Source of the DNA: Myxococcota bacterium
GTDB lineage: Bacteria; Myxococcota_A; UBA796; GCA-2862545
DNA: 22,021 nt
Reading direction: 5' to 3'
Assembly: GCA_039208735.1 (NCBI GenBank)
Contig: JBCCQY010000158.1
Location: forward strand, 1 to 22,021
Positions 8,417 through 16,816 of the stretch are shown here, one piece after another; position 1 is the stretch's first letter; each line of letters opens with the position of its first letter. Below the pieces are notes generated by a model. It saw only the letters and a program-made list of their open reading frames with translations. It searched no databases and was not told the DNA's origin. The position numbers were made by a program, and so were the translations under genes.

Positions 8417-8788
8417 TCAGTTTTGCGTCATCCCCGTCGAAGGCTGGCGGTAGCGCAATCGGCGCGTCACACTCCGCAGATCGATCCCCTCCAAAATCAA
8501 CGTGAGGGTGGCGGCGTCGAGTTCCACTCGGGATTGTCCCTCGGCCATCGGGGGCAACTGGAACGTGCCTCGAGACAGCCGCAGGTAGTAGATCCCGAAT
8601 CCGGTCCGGACATGAACGAGCAGCTTCAGCATCGTCCGCCGGCGGTTGACGAAGCAAAAGACGTTCCCCGACAGCGGATCCTCACGCAGCTTGCCCCGCA
8701 CGAGGCCGCTGAGTCCGCGCAACGACTTGCGCATGTCACAAGGCTCGCGGGCGAGGAACATGCGGACCCTGGGCGCAAAGTTCAACAT
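8417..8788 (-). CDS. tnpB: IS66 accessory protein TnpB
   Basis: PCDMRKSLRGL, DPLSGNVFCFVNRRRTMLKLL, RLSRGTF and LILEGID. Overlaps the tnpA stop. Confidence 0.95.
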   Translation of the reverse strand: MLNFAPRVRMFLAREPCDMRKSLRGLSGLVRGKLREDPLSGNVFCFVNRRRTMLKLLVHVRTGFGIYYLRLSRGTFQLPPMAEGQSRVELDAATLTLILEGIDLRSVTRRLRYRQPSTGMTQN

Positions 8789-9123
8789 CCCGCCGCCAAC
8801 AGGGTGTGGAGCAGCCGCTGGAGGGTGTCGGCTCGAAAGTCGTCATCGACCTCGAACACGAGCCCCTCGACCTCGACGCGGTATCGACCTCCGCGACGCC
8901 CCGCATCGCGATGGGGAAGCCCCTCGTGAAGCGCGGCATCATCCGCAATGAAGACCTCCGCGAACTCCGGAGTCGTCTGCCTCCACCGACCCTTGTACGC
9001 ATTCAGGGAGTACCCGTTCAGACCACGCGCTTCGCACCACTCCGACATCGATTCGCCCGAGCGCTCCCACTCGGCCAGCAACCGAGGCACCTCCGCGCGG
9101 TTCACCTTCCGACCCTTGACCAT
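8782..9123 (-). CDS. tnpA: IS66 accessory protein TnpA (HTH)
   Basis: WERSGESMSEWCEARGLN HTH-like N-terminus, FAEV and TLQRLL C-terminus. RBS GAGGAG upstream. Confidence 0.85.
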   Translation of the reverse strand: MVKGRKVNRAEVPRLLAEWERSGESMSEWCEARGLNGYSLNAYKGRWRQTTPEFAEVFIADDAALHEGLPHRDAGRRGGRYRVEVEGLVFEVDDDFRADTLQRLLHTLLAAGC

Positions 9124-9447
9124 CTTGATCCTCCTCGGAAACGAGGACCAAGCTGTGCCACAGGGCTGCCCTCACGTCGATCGGAGGCACCCGAACCTAT
9201 AGGCTGCAGCAGCGTCTTGGGCGCTCGGCTCTCCCTGCCCGGCCCAGGTGCAGCGCTGTTCGATCCACGAGTCGGGGGAAGGGGGGCGTTAAGCGCGGCG
9301 ACCCGCTCGAGGAGGGTCAGCAAGGCGGCCCTGGAGACGACCATCTCAGGCACACGGCCGAGGTTGCCGACCCAGAGCAGGTCGGGCTCGTCCCGGTCGG
9401 AGCGGGCGGCCCAGCGGGCTTGGGCCTCATCGCGCTCGTCGTCGCCG

Positions 9448-9812
9448 ACCGGGGTAGCCCAAGCGCAGGACATGGTGTTCGACAAGCAACATCGACGAGT
9501 CCGAGGTCCCAAGGGGGGTGGTGCTCGACGGGACGATGCAGTTCGCGATCCGGGCCGCGATTGCCGCGAAGCAGGGCCTGTTCATCCGGGCGGGGTCGTC
9601 GGCGAACGCGGACATCGTGTTGAACGGCGGGACCAGGTGCTGGCGATCGACGAGCGGGCGCTCCGGTTCGAGAAGGGCGGGCGTACGTCGAGGTGGAGAC
9701 GGGGTCAAACCGATTCAAGCGTCGGCGCGTGGTGGTCGGGCTGTCGGATGGGCTCGCGATCGAGATCCTGGAGAGCCTCGAGGAGGGTGAGGTGCCACGG
9801 CTGGCGGGGTGA
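9448..9812 (+). pseudogene. RND/MacA-type periplasmic adaptor (HlyD family) C-terminal remnant
   Basis: Across frames: DMVF, NIDESEV|PRGVVLDGTMQFAIRA..FIRAGSSANADIVL, RRDQVLAIDERALRFE and AYVEVETG...VGLSDGLAIEILESLEEGE. At least two frameshifts and a likely internal deletion after IDESEV. Confidence 0.75.
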
Positions 9813-9936
9813 TTCGAGTCCCCGAGGGGATCGATACGCACCACGATTCGCGATAAAATTCTCCGCGAAGGGGTTGTCGAACGAAGGCGATGGTCAACCC
9901 CGCCCCGTGGCGCGCTGGCGCGCCGAGGAGCGACCG

Positions 9937-10389
9937 ATGCTGAAGGTTGTTGCGGCGGTGGAGCCCGGCGATGTGTGCTACGAGCCCGTGCTGCGGTGCG
10001 CGGGGCGACTCACGGGCGACGGCACGCTCCACGTCGTGAGCATCTATCCGAGCCCCATCGAGTGGGTCTGCGACCCGATCCGAACCCTCGAGTCCCAGAC
10101 GGCCGAGGCCCGCCGCGCGAGGGCCGAGCAGATCGAGAGCGACGCGGCCCGACTCGGAGTTCCTGCTCCGGCCGTCGTCGTTCCGCTGGCGACCGAGGTG
10201 AGCGCGGGTGACGACGTGGTGAAGCACGCGCAGCACCTCGGCGCGGAGCTCGTGGTGCTGGGCACGCACGGACGGACCGGTCTCGAAGCCTGGGTTCTCG
10301 GCTCGGTGGCGGAGCGCGTGGTTCGCTACGCACACTGCGACGTGTACGTGGTCCGTGCCCCGGCAGACCCGGGCCGTACGTCCGCGTGA
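9937..10389 (+). CDS. Universal stress protein (UspA family)
   Basis: RBS GAGGAG at 9925-9930, MLKVVAAV start and signature AELVVLGTHGRTGL...LGSVAERVVRYAHCDVYVV. Confidence 0.93.
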   Translation: MLKVVAAVEPGDVCYEPVLRCAGRLTGDGTLHVVSIYPSPIEWVCDPIRTLESQTAEARRARAEQIESDAARLGVPAPAVVVPLATEVSAGDDVVKHAQHLGAELVVLGTHGRTGLEAWVLGSVAERVVRYAHCDVYVVRAPADPGRTSA

Positions 10390-10390
10390 G

Positions 10391-10560
10391 TCAGGGCTCG
10401 TTGTCCATCATGCTCACGAAGTGTCGTCGACGAACGCCTGGGCCGTAGCATCTCCGAGCTTCGGGTTGCGCCAGATGGTGGCGCCGTCCGTGAGCAGGGC
10501 GAGGCCAGACAGCCCGGACAGGCTCGTCACCTCCAGCAGGTCGCTGACGAGCAACGGAGG
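10391..10560 (-). pseudogene. C-terminal scrap of a leucine-rich / receptor-L-domain-like protein
   Basis: VTSLSGLSGLALLTDGATIWRNPKL...AQAFVD pattern, no start and a frame break near the end. Tentative. Confidence 0.3.
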
Positions 10561-10703
10561 GCGCAGAAGGCCGGGCCTGCCGTGAGCCGCGACGGGTCCC
10601 TCGCCCCGCACACAGCTCGTTCACGAAGTGGCCCTTGGCGCTGGCACCACGTTACGCAGCGGGCGAGGCGCAGCCCACTCTCTCTGTCGACTGGAGGGCG
10701 CTC

Positions 10704-11387
10704 GTGAGCTCCGCATCCGTCAAGTCGAGCCTGCTGACGACGATCTCCCGGAAGCTCGTGATGGCAGTGACGGGGCTCTTCCTGTGTTCCTTCCTCGTCG
10801 TACACCTCGGCGGGAACCTTCTCCTGCTCCTGCCCGAGCCCGAAGCCCGGATCCTGTTCAACACCTACGCGGCAACGCTCTCGGGCAACCCGCTGATCAA
10901 GGCCATCGCGTACGGACTGTACGCCGCCATCCTGGTTCACGTCGGGTACGCCGTCTGGATCGCGGTGATGAATCGCCGCGCGGCAGGAAGTCGGTACGCC
11001 GTGGACCGCCGCGCCCAGGCCAGTCCCTGGTACGCCCGGCAGATGAACCTACTGGGCGCCATTCTGCTGGTCTTCCTCGTGGTCCACATGAGGGATCTCT
11101 GGTTCGTCTACCGGTTCGGCGCGGTCCCCCTCGACGCCGAGGGGCACCGTGACCTGTACGAGCTCGTCGTGACCGCATTCCGATCCCCGGTCTACACGAC
11201 CCTTCACGTCGGCGCCTTCGTCACGCTGGGCTACCACCTGCGGCAGGGGGTCGTCGGCGCGCTGGGAACGCTCGGGCTGTACGACCCGCTGGCCCGACGG
11301 ATCGCCGTCGTTGTGGCGACAATCTACAGCCTGGCAATCTCGGCGGGGTTCATCGGCATCGCTCTCGTCGTTCACGTCTGGCGCTGA
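10704..11387 (+). CDS. sdhC: Succinate dehydrogenase/fumarate reductase cytochrome b subunit (five-helix, di-heme type)
   Basis: [21 protein letters not shown] and further heme-ligand His candidates (LVH, VVHM, YHL). GTG start after GGAGG. Confidence 0.93.
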   Translation: MSSASVKSSLLTTISRKLVMAVTGLFLCSFLVVHLGGNLLLLLPEPEARILFNTYAATLSGNPLIKAIAYGLYAAILVHVGYAVWIAVMNRRAAGSRYAVDRRAQASPWYARQMNLLGAILLVFLVVHMRDLWFVYRFGAVPLDAEGHRDLYELVVTAFRSPVYTTLHVGAFVTLGYHLRQGVVGALGTLGLYDPLARRIAVVVATIYSLAISAGFIGIALVVHVWR

Positions 11388-11403
11388 ACAGGAGGTCCCG
11401 AAC

Positions 11404-13347
11404 ATGTCCACGGCGGCCAAGCCCACCGAGAGGATCCTCGATGCCCGCATTCCCCCTGGGCCACTCCGCGAGAAGTGGAGCCGGTACAAGGCGACCTGCA
11501 AGCTCGTGAGCGAGACCAACAAGAAGCGGATGAGAGTCATCGTCGTGGGGACCGGACTGTCGGGAAGCGCTGCGGCCGCGTCGCTCGCGGAGCTCGGCTA
11601 CAACGTCACGTCCTTCTGCTTTCAGGACTCGCCGAGGCGTGCTCACTCGGTCGCCGCCCAGGGTGGCATCAACGCAGCCAAGAACTACCAGAACGACGGC
11701 GACAACGTCTTTCGGATGTTCTACGACACCCTCAAGGGGGGCGACTTCCGGGCCCGCGAGGCCGACGTCTACCGGCTGGCCGAGTGCTCGAACAGTCTGA
11801 TCGACCAGGCGGTCGCCCAGGGAGTGCCCTTCGCCCGGGAGTACGGGGGCTCGCTCAAGAACCGCTCGTTCGGCGGGGTCCAGGTCAGCCGAACGTTCTA
11901 CTCGAGGGGCCAGACCGGGCAGCAACTGATGCTCGGTGCGTACTCGGCGCTCAACCGCCAGATCGCCCGCGGAAAGGTGACGCTGTTCGCGCGCCACGAC
12001 GTCCTGGACCTCGTGTTGGTCGACGGCCACGCCCGTGGGGTCATCGCGCGAAACCTCGACACCGGGAGGATCGAGCGCCATGCCGCCCACGCAGTGGTGC
12101 TGGCGACTGGCGGCTACGCCACGCTGTACTACCTCTCGACGATGGCAGCGGGCTGCAACGGCTCGGTGCTGTGGCGGGCGCATCGTCATGGGGCCCTGCT
12201 CGCCTGCCCGAGCTGGACCCAGTTCCACCCGACCAGTCTGCCGCAAGCCGGTCCGCACCAATCCAAACTTACGCTGATGAGCGAGTCCCTGCGCAACGAC
12301 GGCCGGATCTGGGTGCCGCGGACGCCCGGCGACGCGCGACCGCCCCGAGAGATCCCCGAAGACGAGCGTGACTACTACCTGGAGCGTCGGTACCCATCCT
12401 ACGGCAACCTCGCACCTCGCGACATCGCCTCCCGCGCTGCGAGGGAGCGCATCGAATCCGGCCACGGCGTGGGTCCGCAAGCCAACGCCGTGTACCTCGA
12501 CTTCGAGGACGCCATCGCGGAGCACGGAGTCGAGACCATCCGGAGCCGCTACGGCAACCTTTTTCGGATGTACCAACAGATCACCGGAGTTGACGCCTAC
12601 CAGGAGCCGATGAAGATCTCGCCCGCCGCGCACTTCTCGATGGGTGGCCTGTGGGTCGACTACGAGCTGATGACCACCATTCCCGGGTTGTACGCCCTCG
12701 GCGAGTGCAATTTCTCCACCCATGGCGCGAACCGACTGGGAGCCAACTCGCTGCTCCAGGCCTGCGTCGATGGGTACTTCGTACTGCCCTACACCCTCGG
12801 CCGATACCTGAGCGACTACATCCGCGTCGGGCTGCCGCCGCTGGACACGGCTGGGTTCAAGCAGGCCGAGGACGGAGTCCGCGCCAGGTTGGACCGGCTC
12901 TTGTCGATCGGAGGCCGGCGGACCGCCCGAGACTTCCACCGCGAGCTCGGCGAGGTCCTCTGGCGGCGATGCGGAGTCTCACGCCGACGAGCCGGGCTGC
13001 GGTCCGCGATCGACGACGTCATCGCCCTGCGCGAGCAGTTCTGGGAGGACGTACACGTCCCGGGCGGCGCCGACGAGATCAACTCGGAGCTGGAGCGCGC
13101 CGGGCGGGTCGCTGACTACCTGGAGCTCGGCGAGCTCGTGTGTCGTGACGCCCTGCACCGCGAGGAGTCGTGCGGCGCACACTTCCGGGAGGAACACCAG
13201 ACCGATGATGGCGAGGCCGCCCGCGACGACGAGCGATTCGCCTTCGTCTCGTGCTGGGAGCACGCCGGTGAGGGGGCGCCGCCGATGCACCATGCCGAGC
13301 CACTCCAGTTCGACAACGTCCAGCTACAGACCCGGGACTACCAGTGA
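11404..13347 (+). CDS. sdhA: Succinate dehydrogenase/fumarate reductase flavoprotein subunit
   Basis: [11 protein letters not shown]-binding motif, AHSVAAQGG (covalent FAD His), [30 protein letters not shown] and [18 protein letters not shown]. Confidence 0.97.
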   Translation: MSTAAKPTERILDARIPPGPLREKWSRYKATCKLVSETNKKRMRVIVVGTGLSGSAAAASLAELGYNVTSFCFQDSPRRAHSVAAQGGINAAKNYQNDGDNVFRMFYDTLKGGDFRAREADVYRLAECSNSLIDQAVAQGVPFAREYGGSLKNRSFGGVQVSRTFYSRGQTGQQLMLGAYSALNRQIARGKVTLFARHDVLDLVLVDGHARGVIARNLDTGRIERHAAHAVVLATGGYATLYYLSTMAAGCNGSVLWRAHRHGALLACPSWTQFHPTSLPQAGPHQSKLTLMSESLRNDGRIWVPRTPGDARPPREIPEDERDYYLERRYPSYGNLAPRDIASRAARERIESGHGVGPQANAVYLDFEDAIAEHGVETIRSRYGNLFRMYQQITGVDAYQEPMKISPAAHFSMGGLWVDYELMTTIPGLYALGECNFSTHGANRLGANSLLQACVDGYFVLPYTLGRYLSDYIRVGLPPLDTAGFKQAEDGVRARLDRLLSIGGRRTARDFHRELGEVLWRRCGVSRRRAGLRSAIDDVIALREQFWEDVHVPGGADEINSELERAGRVADYLELGELVCRDALHREESCGAHFREEHQTDDGEAARDDERFAFVSCWEHAGEGAPPMHHAEPLQFDNVQLQTRDYQ

Positions 13348-14096
13348 CGATGCGCGTTCTACTCCATGTCTGGCGACAGCGCGACCGCGACGCCGATGGA
13401 GGGCTGGTCGCCTACCCGCTCGACGACGTCCACCCCGACATGTCCTTCCTGGAGATGCTCGACCACCTCAACGAGCAGCTGATCCGGAAGGGGGAACGGG
13501 TCGTCGAGTTCGACCACGACTGCCGAGAGGGCATCTGCGGCCAGTGTGGCGTGGTCATCGACGGGCGCGCCCACGGACCGCTTCCAAACACGACGACTTG
13601 CCAGCTTCACATGAGGAGCTTCGCTGACGGGTCCACCATCACCGTCGAACCCTTCCGGGCCGCCGCGCTGCCGATCGTCCGCGACCTGCGGGTCGATAGG
13701 TCGGGCCTAGACCGCATCATGCAGGCCGGTGCCTACATCTCGACCCCCGTCGGGGGGGCACCGGAGGCCAACAGCGTGCCCGTTCCCCATGCGCTCGCGG
13801 AGGCGGCACTCGACGCCGCGGCCTGCATCGGGTGCGGGGCCTGCATCGCGTCGTGCAAGAACGGCAGCGCGGCTCTGTTCACCGGCGCCAAGGTCTCCCA
13901 CCTCGCGCAGATCCCGCAGGGCAAGCCCGAAGCACGCACCAGGGTGCGCCACATGGTCGAGCAGATGGACGACGAAGGCTTCGGACACTGCTCCTGGACC
14001 GGAGCATGCGCCGTCGAGTGTCCCCAGACGATCTCCCTGGCCCACATCGCTCGCATGAACTGGGAGCACCTCAAGGCGCGTCTGCTGGGGGGATAG
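13344..14096 (+). CDS. sdhB: Succinate dehydrogenase/fumarate reductase iron-sulfur subunit
   Basis: [12 protein letters not shown] [2Fe-2S], [11 protein letters not shown] [4Fe-4S] and [12 protein letters not shown] [3Fe-4S]. GTGA overlap with sdhA. Confidence 0.97.
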   Translation: MTMRVLLHVWRQRDRDADGGLVAYPLDDVHPDMSFLEMLDHLNEQLIRKGERVVEFDHDCREGICGQCGVVIDGRAHGPLPNTTTCQLHMRSFADGSTITVEPFRAAALPIVRDLRVDRSGLDRIMQAGAYISTPVGGAPEANSVPVPHALAEAALDAAACIGCGACIASCKNGSAALFTGAKVSHLAQIPQGKPEARTRVRHMVEQMDDEGFGHCSWTGACAVECPQTISLAHIARMNWEHLKARLLGG

Positions 14097-14182
14097 CGTC
14101 GCCTTGACCAACGACCCGGGAAAGTTGCCCCATCCAGCCCGCCGAGCCCTACCTTCGCCGTCGACCTCGGATGACGACAATA

Positions 14183-14471
14183 ATTTCTTTCTTTGTGATG
14201 AGTTCCGTAGTTGCCAAGCCCGCCTAAGCCGCACCAAAACTGTACCTTGGAGGGATAGGCGTTGCGGTGCTCTCGGAGGGACAATGTTCTGGATCGTTAG
14301 TGATTCCCACACGTTGGGTGGCCAACCACGAGTCCGCGGCACGAGGCTCTCCGTTGCGTTCCTACTTGAACTCGTCGCGTCGGGCGGGACTCGAGAGCAA
14401 ATCCTGGATTCCTATCCCCATCTCGCTCCGGAGGGTCTCGATGCCGCGCTGAAGTACGCGGCGCGGGCGCT
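14183..14471 (+). repeat. ~290-bp dispersed repeat, copy 2
   Basis: Homologous to 6270-6554. Includes the divergent TTG start (MATTELITKKEI), the intergenic region and most of the DUF433 gene. Confidence 0.95.
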
Positions 14472-14511
14472 TCGTGACGACCGAGTTTGGGAAGTGGACC
14501 TTCCAGCCTGA
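14284..14511 (+). CDS. DUF433 antitoxin (VapB45-like)
   Basis: LGGQPRVRGTRLSV..LLELVASG..REQILDSYPHL....AALKYAA, 75 aa, RBS GGAGGG. Confidence 0.93.
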   Translation: MFWIVSDSHTLGGQPRVRGTRLSVAFLLELVASGGTREQILDSYPHLAPEGLDAALKYAARALRDDRVWEVDLPA

Positions 14512-14906
14512 TGATGCGTCTCTTCGACTTCCCTCTTCTGTTGGATGAGAACATCGTACCAGAGGTCGCGCAGGGCCTTGTCGAGCGCGGCTGTGACGTT
14601 CAGACGGTCGATGACCTTGGTCTGCTTGGCGCTACGGACGATGAAGTGCTGTCCGTCGCCCTCAGCAACAACCGAGTCGTGGTCACCCATGACAGCGACT
14701 TTGGAACGCTGGCCATTCAGGAACGCCGCCCCATCGTTGGCATCATCTACCTTCGTCCCAGTCACATCGATGGGAATCAGGTGTTGCGCCAAGTCGACGC
14801 GGTAAGAACTCTGGAAATTGAGTCCAACCACCATTCATCCTCGTTGCAGAACGACGAGGGTTTGCGGCTCCGATGCATTGCGCCACCGGGCCCGTGCACC
14901 ACGTAA
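14511..14906 (+). CDS. DUF5615 PIN-like toxin (VapC45-like), C-terminus probably frameshifted
   Basis: TGATG coupling to the antitoxin. PIN acidic motifs LLLDENI, GATDDEVL and VVVTHDSDFG. Near 14822 an alternate frame gives VQPPFILVAERRG, a more natural C-terminus. Confidence 0.88.
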   Translation: MMRLFDFPLLLDENIVPEVAQGLVERGCDVQTVDDLGLLGATDDEVLSVALSNNRVVVTHDSDFGTLAIQERRPIVGIIYLRPSHIDGNQVLRQVDAVRTLEIESNHHSSSLQNDEGLRLRCIAPPGPCTT

Positions 14907-16538
14907 GCGGCCAGGGTCGTCGACGGCCAGGTGATGCAGGACGAAGGCACGTACCGTCGTCAACATCGTGAAGGTAGGACGGTCGCTCGAGCGAGCAACC
15001 TGGAGCAGGGAATGCCCAATCAGCGCATCGAGGGTGGTCCACGCCGACGGGCCCAGCACGGCTTGGGCCTCGTCGAGGTCGAAGGGACGCGAGAACACCG
15101 CAGCTTCGAGGAGCCCTCGTCGCTCTGCGACGGTGAGCCGGTCGATCGACCAACGCAGCGCGTCTTCGAGACTCATCCAGGGGCTCGCCGATGGCTGTCC
15201 GCGAAGCACGGAGTCTCCTTCGTGAATTCCGGCCTGGACCGCGTCGACACCCATCCATGCGTACGGCTCCGCGGCGAGTTCCAGCGCAAGGGGCAGACCG
15301 TCGAGCGACGCCGATGCCAGCTTGGCGAGGCGCTGCCGAGCCTCGGTGGTGAGTCGCCAGTCGTACCCCGCCCGCTGGGCTCCCAGCAGGATCATCTCGA
15401 CCGCGTCGTCGGGGGAGAGGGAAGCGAGCCTCGTGGTTCGGAGCGCTGGCGCTCGAGGGACCCGTCGGCTCGTGAGGAGAACCCGAAGGTTCGGTCTGAA
15501 CACCCGCCATTGCTCAATTCGGTCTAGCAAGGGGCCGACGAAGGGGTCGACGCCATCAAACACGAGCCGAGGGTCGCCACCCCGCATCGCGAGAGCGAGG
15601 GTCGGGTCGTCCTGCTCCGGCCGACCCGTCAGCGTGACTCCGAGGGTCTTGGCAAGCGCTTCGATCACCTCCTGCAACCCGCTCGATGGAGCGACCGAGA
15701 GCGCAAACGTGGCTGCTCTGCCCATTCGGGAGAGCCCCTCTCGGACGAGGCGCGACTTGCCGACACCTGGCGGACCCGCAATGCACCAGATGCCAGCTGG
15801 CGCTGACCACCACTGTGCGATCTGCTGGAGTTCGGCACGACGGCCGACGAATCCGGGAAGCGGCGGCCCCAGGTCTACGCAGGGACGGCTGGGCTGGGGC
15901 ACGAAGCGGTATCCCGAGCGCGCGACACATACGAGATGGCGTGGTCGTCCGGGGTCGACCTCGAGCTTGTCCCGTAGGCGCTGGATGGTCACATACGGGG
16001 CACGTGACTTCGTCTTGGGGTGATATCCCCAAACGTCGACGAGCAACTGTTCGACCGGGATCGGATCCGGAACGGACAATAGACAGTGTAGGAGTTGGTA
16101 CTCCAGCTCGGTCAGTTCGACCGGGGGCAGTCCCCGGCGGTTGACTCGGCGCGAGCGCATGTCGATCCAGCCATCGGCCAGTGAAACACCTGGGTGCGTG
16201 GTGGAGTCTTCGTCGACGACGAGACGGTATCCGTTGCCGACGAAACGCAGATGGACGGGAGACGAGGGATCCGGCTCGAGCTTCTTTCTGAGTCTTCGCA
16301 CGAGCTGTTGAACCGCTTGCGGGGTGACCGAACAGCGTTCCCCCCAAACCCCGCGGCGCAGGTCGGCTGCCCCGAGGGGTCCATCGGCCTCGAGCAGGAC
16401 CTGCAGGAGGCGAAGCTCGAGGGACGACAGACTCGCAGTGGGGCGGCCCTTACGCTCCAGCGAGCCGCGAGCGAGGTCGATGCGACCATCCGTGAGCGCA
16501 AGGACGTGTGGATTGGACTGAGTCTGGGAAGACGACAC
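14835..16538 (-). CDS. Tandem OmpR/PhoB-type wHTH + STAND (NB-ARC-like) ATPase regulator with no TPR sensor (likely truncated)
   Basis: Two wHTH units (LSSLELRLL..VWG..VRRLRKKLEPDPSSP..GNGYRL and LTELEYQLL..VWGY..IQRLRDKLEVDPGRP..SGYRF). Walker A GPPGVGKS, Walker B LVFDGVD, LDGLPLALELAA and FTMLTTVR, after which the ORF runs into the toxin gene. Confidence 0.88.
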   Translation of the reverse strand: MSSSQTQSNPHVLALTDGRIDLARGSLERKGRPTASLSSLELRLLQVLLEADGPLGAADLRRGVWGERCSVTPQAVQQLVRRLRKKLEPDPSSPVHLRFVGNGYRLVVDEDSTTHPGVSLADGWIDMRSRRVNRRGLPPVELTELEYQLLHCLLSVPDPIPVEQLLVDVWGYHPKTKSRAPYVTIQRLRDKLEVDPGRPRHLVCVARSGYRFVPQPSRPCVDLGPPLPGFVGRRAELQQIAQWWSAPAGIWCIAGPPGVGKSRLVREGLSRMGRAATFALSVAPSSGLQEVIEALAKTLGVTLTGRPEQDDPTLALAMRGGDPRLVFDGVDPFVGPLLDRIEQWRVFRPNLRVLLTSRRVPRAPALRTTRLASLSPDDAVEMILLGAQRAGYDWRLTTEARQRLAKLASASLDGLPLALELAAEPYAWMGVDAVQAGIHEGDSVLRGQPSASPWMSLEDALRWSIDRLTVAERRGLLEAAVFSRPFDLDEAQAVLGPSAWTTLDALIGHSLLQVARSSDRPTFTMLTTVRAFVLHHLAVDDPGRLRGARARWRNASEPQTLVVLQRG

Positions 16539-16816
16539 GACAGCCTCCGAGCAACCAGGTTGCGAGAGCGCAGGCCGTCTTGGCCCTGCCCTGGCGTCCG
16601 GTTCGTCGGCGAATGCTGCACGGTCTCGATGGTGCGACGCACCTGCTCCATTGTCTCAGAGCACGAGACCCATCCTAGCGGGTACGGAGAGGCAGTTTCT
16701 CATGGAGGCAATCGTGGTTTCCGCGGACCTGCACGGAGCGTAAAGCCTGACTTGAGTCATTGTCGCAACACTCGAACAGGGCATAGAGGCTCGCACCAAG
16801 AAAGTTGGGAGGGAAC

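Larger units (their letters stand above)
6761..9204 (-). mobile_element. IS66-family insertion sequence, apparently complete
   Basis: tnpA-tnpB-tnpC is bounded by a 16-bp inverted repeat with one mismatch: GCCTATGGGTTCGGGT (6761-6776) and ACCCGAACCTATAGGC (9189-9204). No 8-bp target duplication is visible. Exact ends are uncertain by a few bp. Confidence 0.9.

Noticed and set aside
6815..8929. 704-aa plus-strand ORF
   Set aside because: Antisense shadow of IS66 tnpC/tnpB, typical of high-GC DNA, with no protein motifs.
9205..9447. Minus-strand frame ERDEAQARW...LLTLLERVAAL
   Set aside because: Probably a gene scrap, but it has no start and no recognisable motif, so no call can be supported.
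8806..9936. Apparent long N-terminal extension of the Usp ORF (527 aa)
   Set aside because: The frame merely stays open through antisense tnpA and pseudogene scraps. The real start is ATG 9937 with RBS GAGGAG.
11350..12939. 529-aa minus-strand ORF
   Set aside because: Antisense shadow of sdhA.
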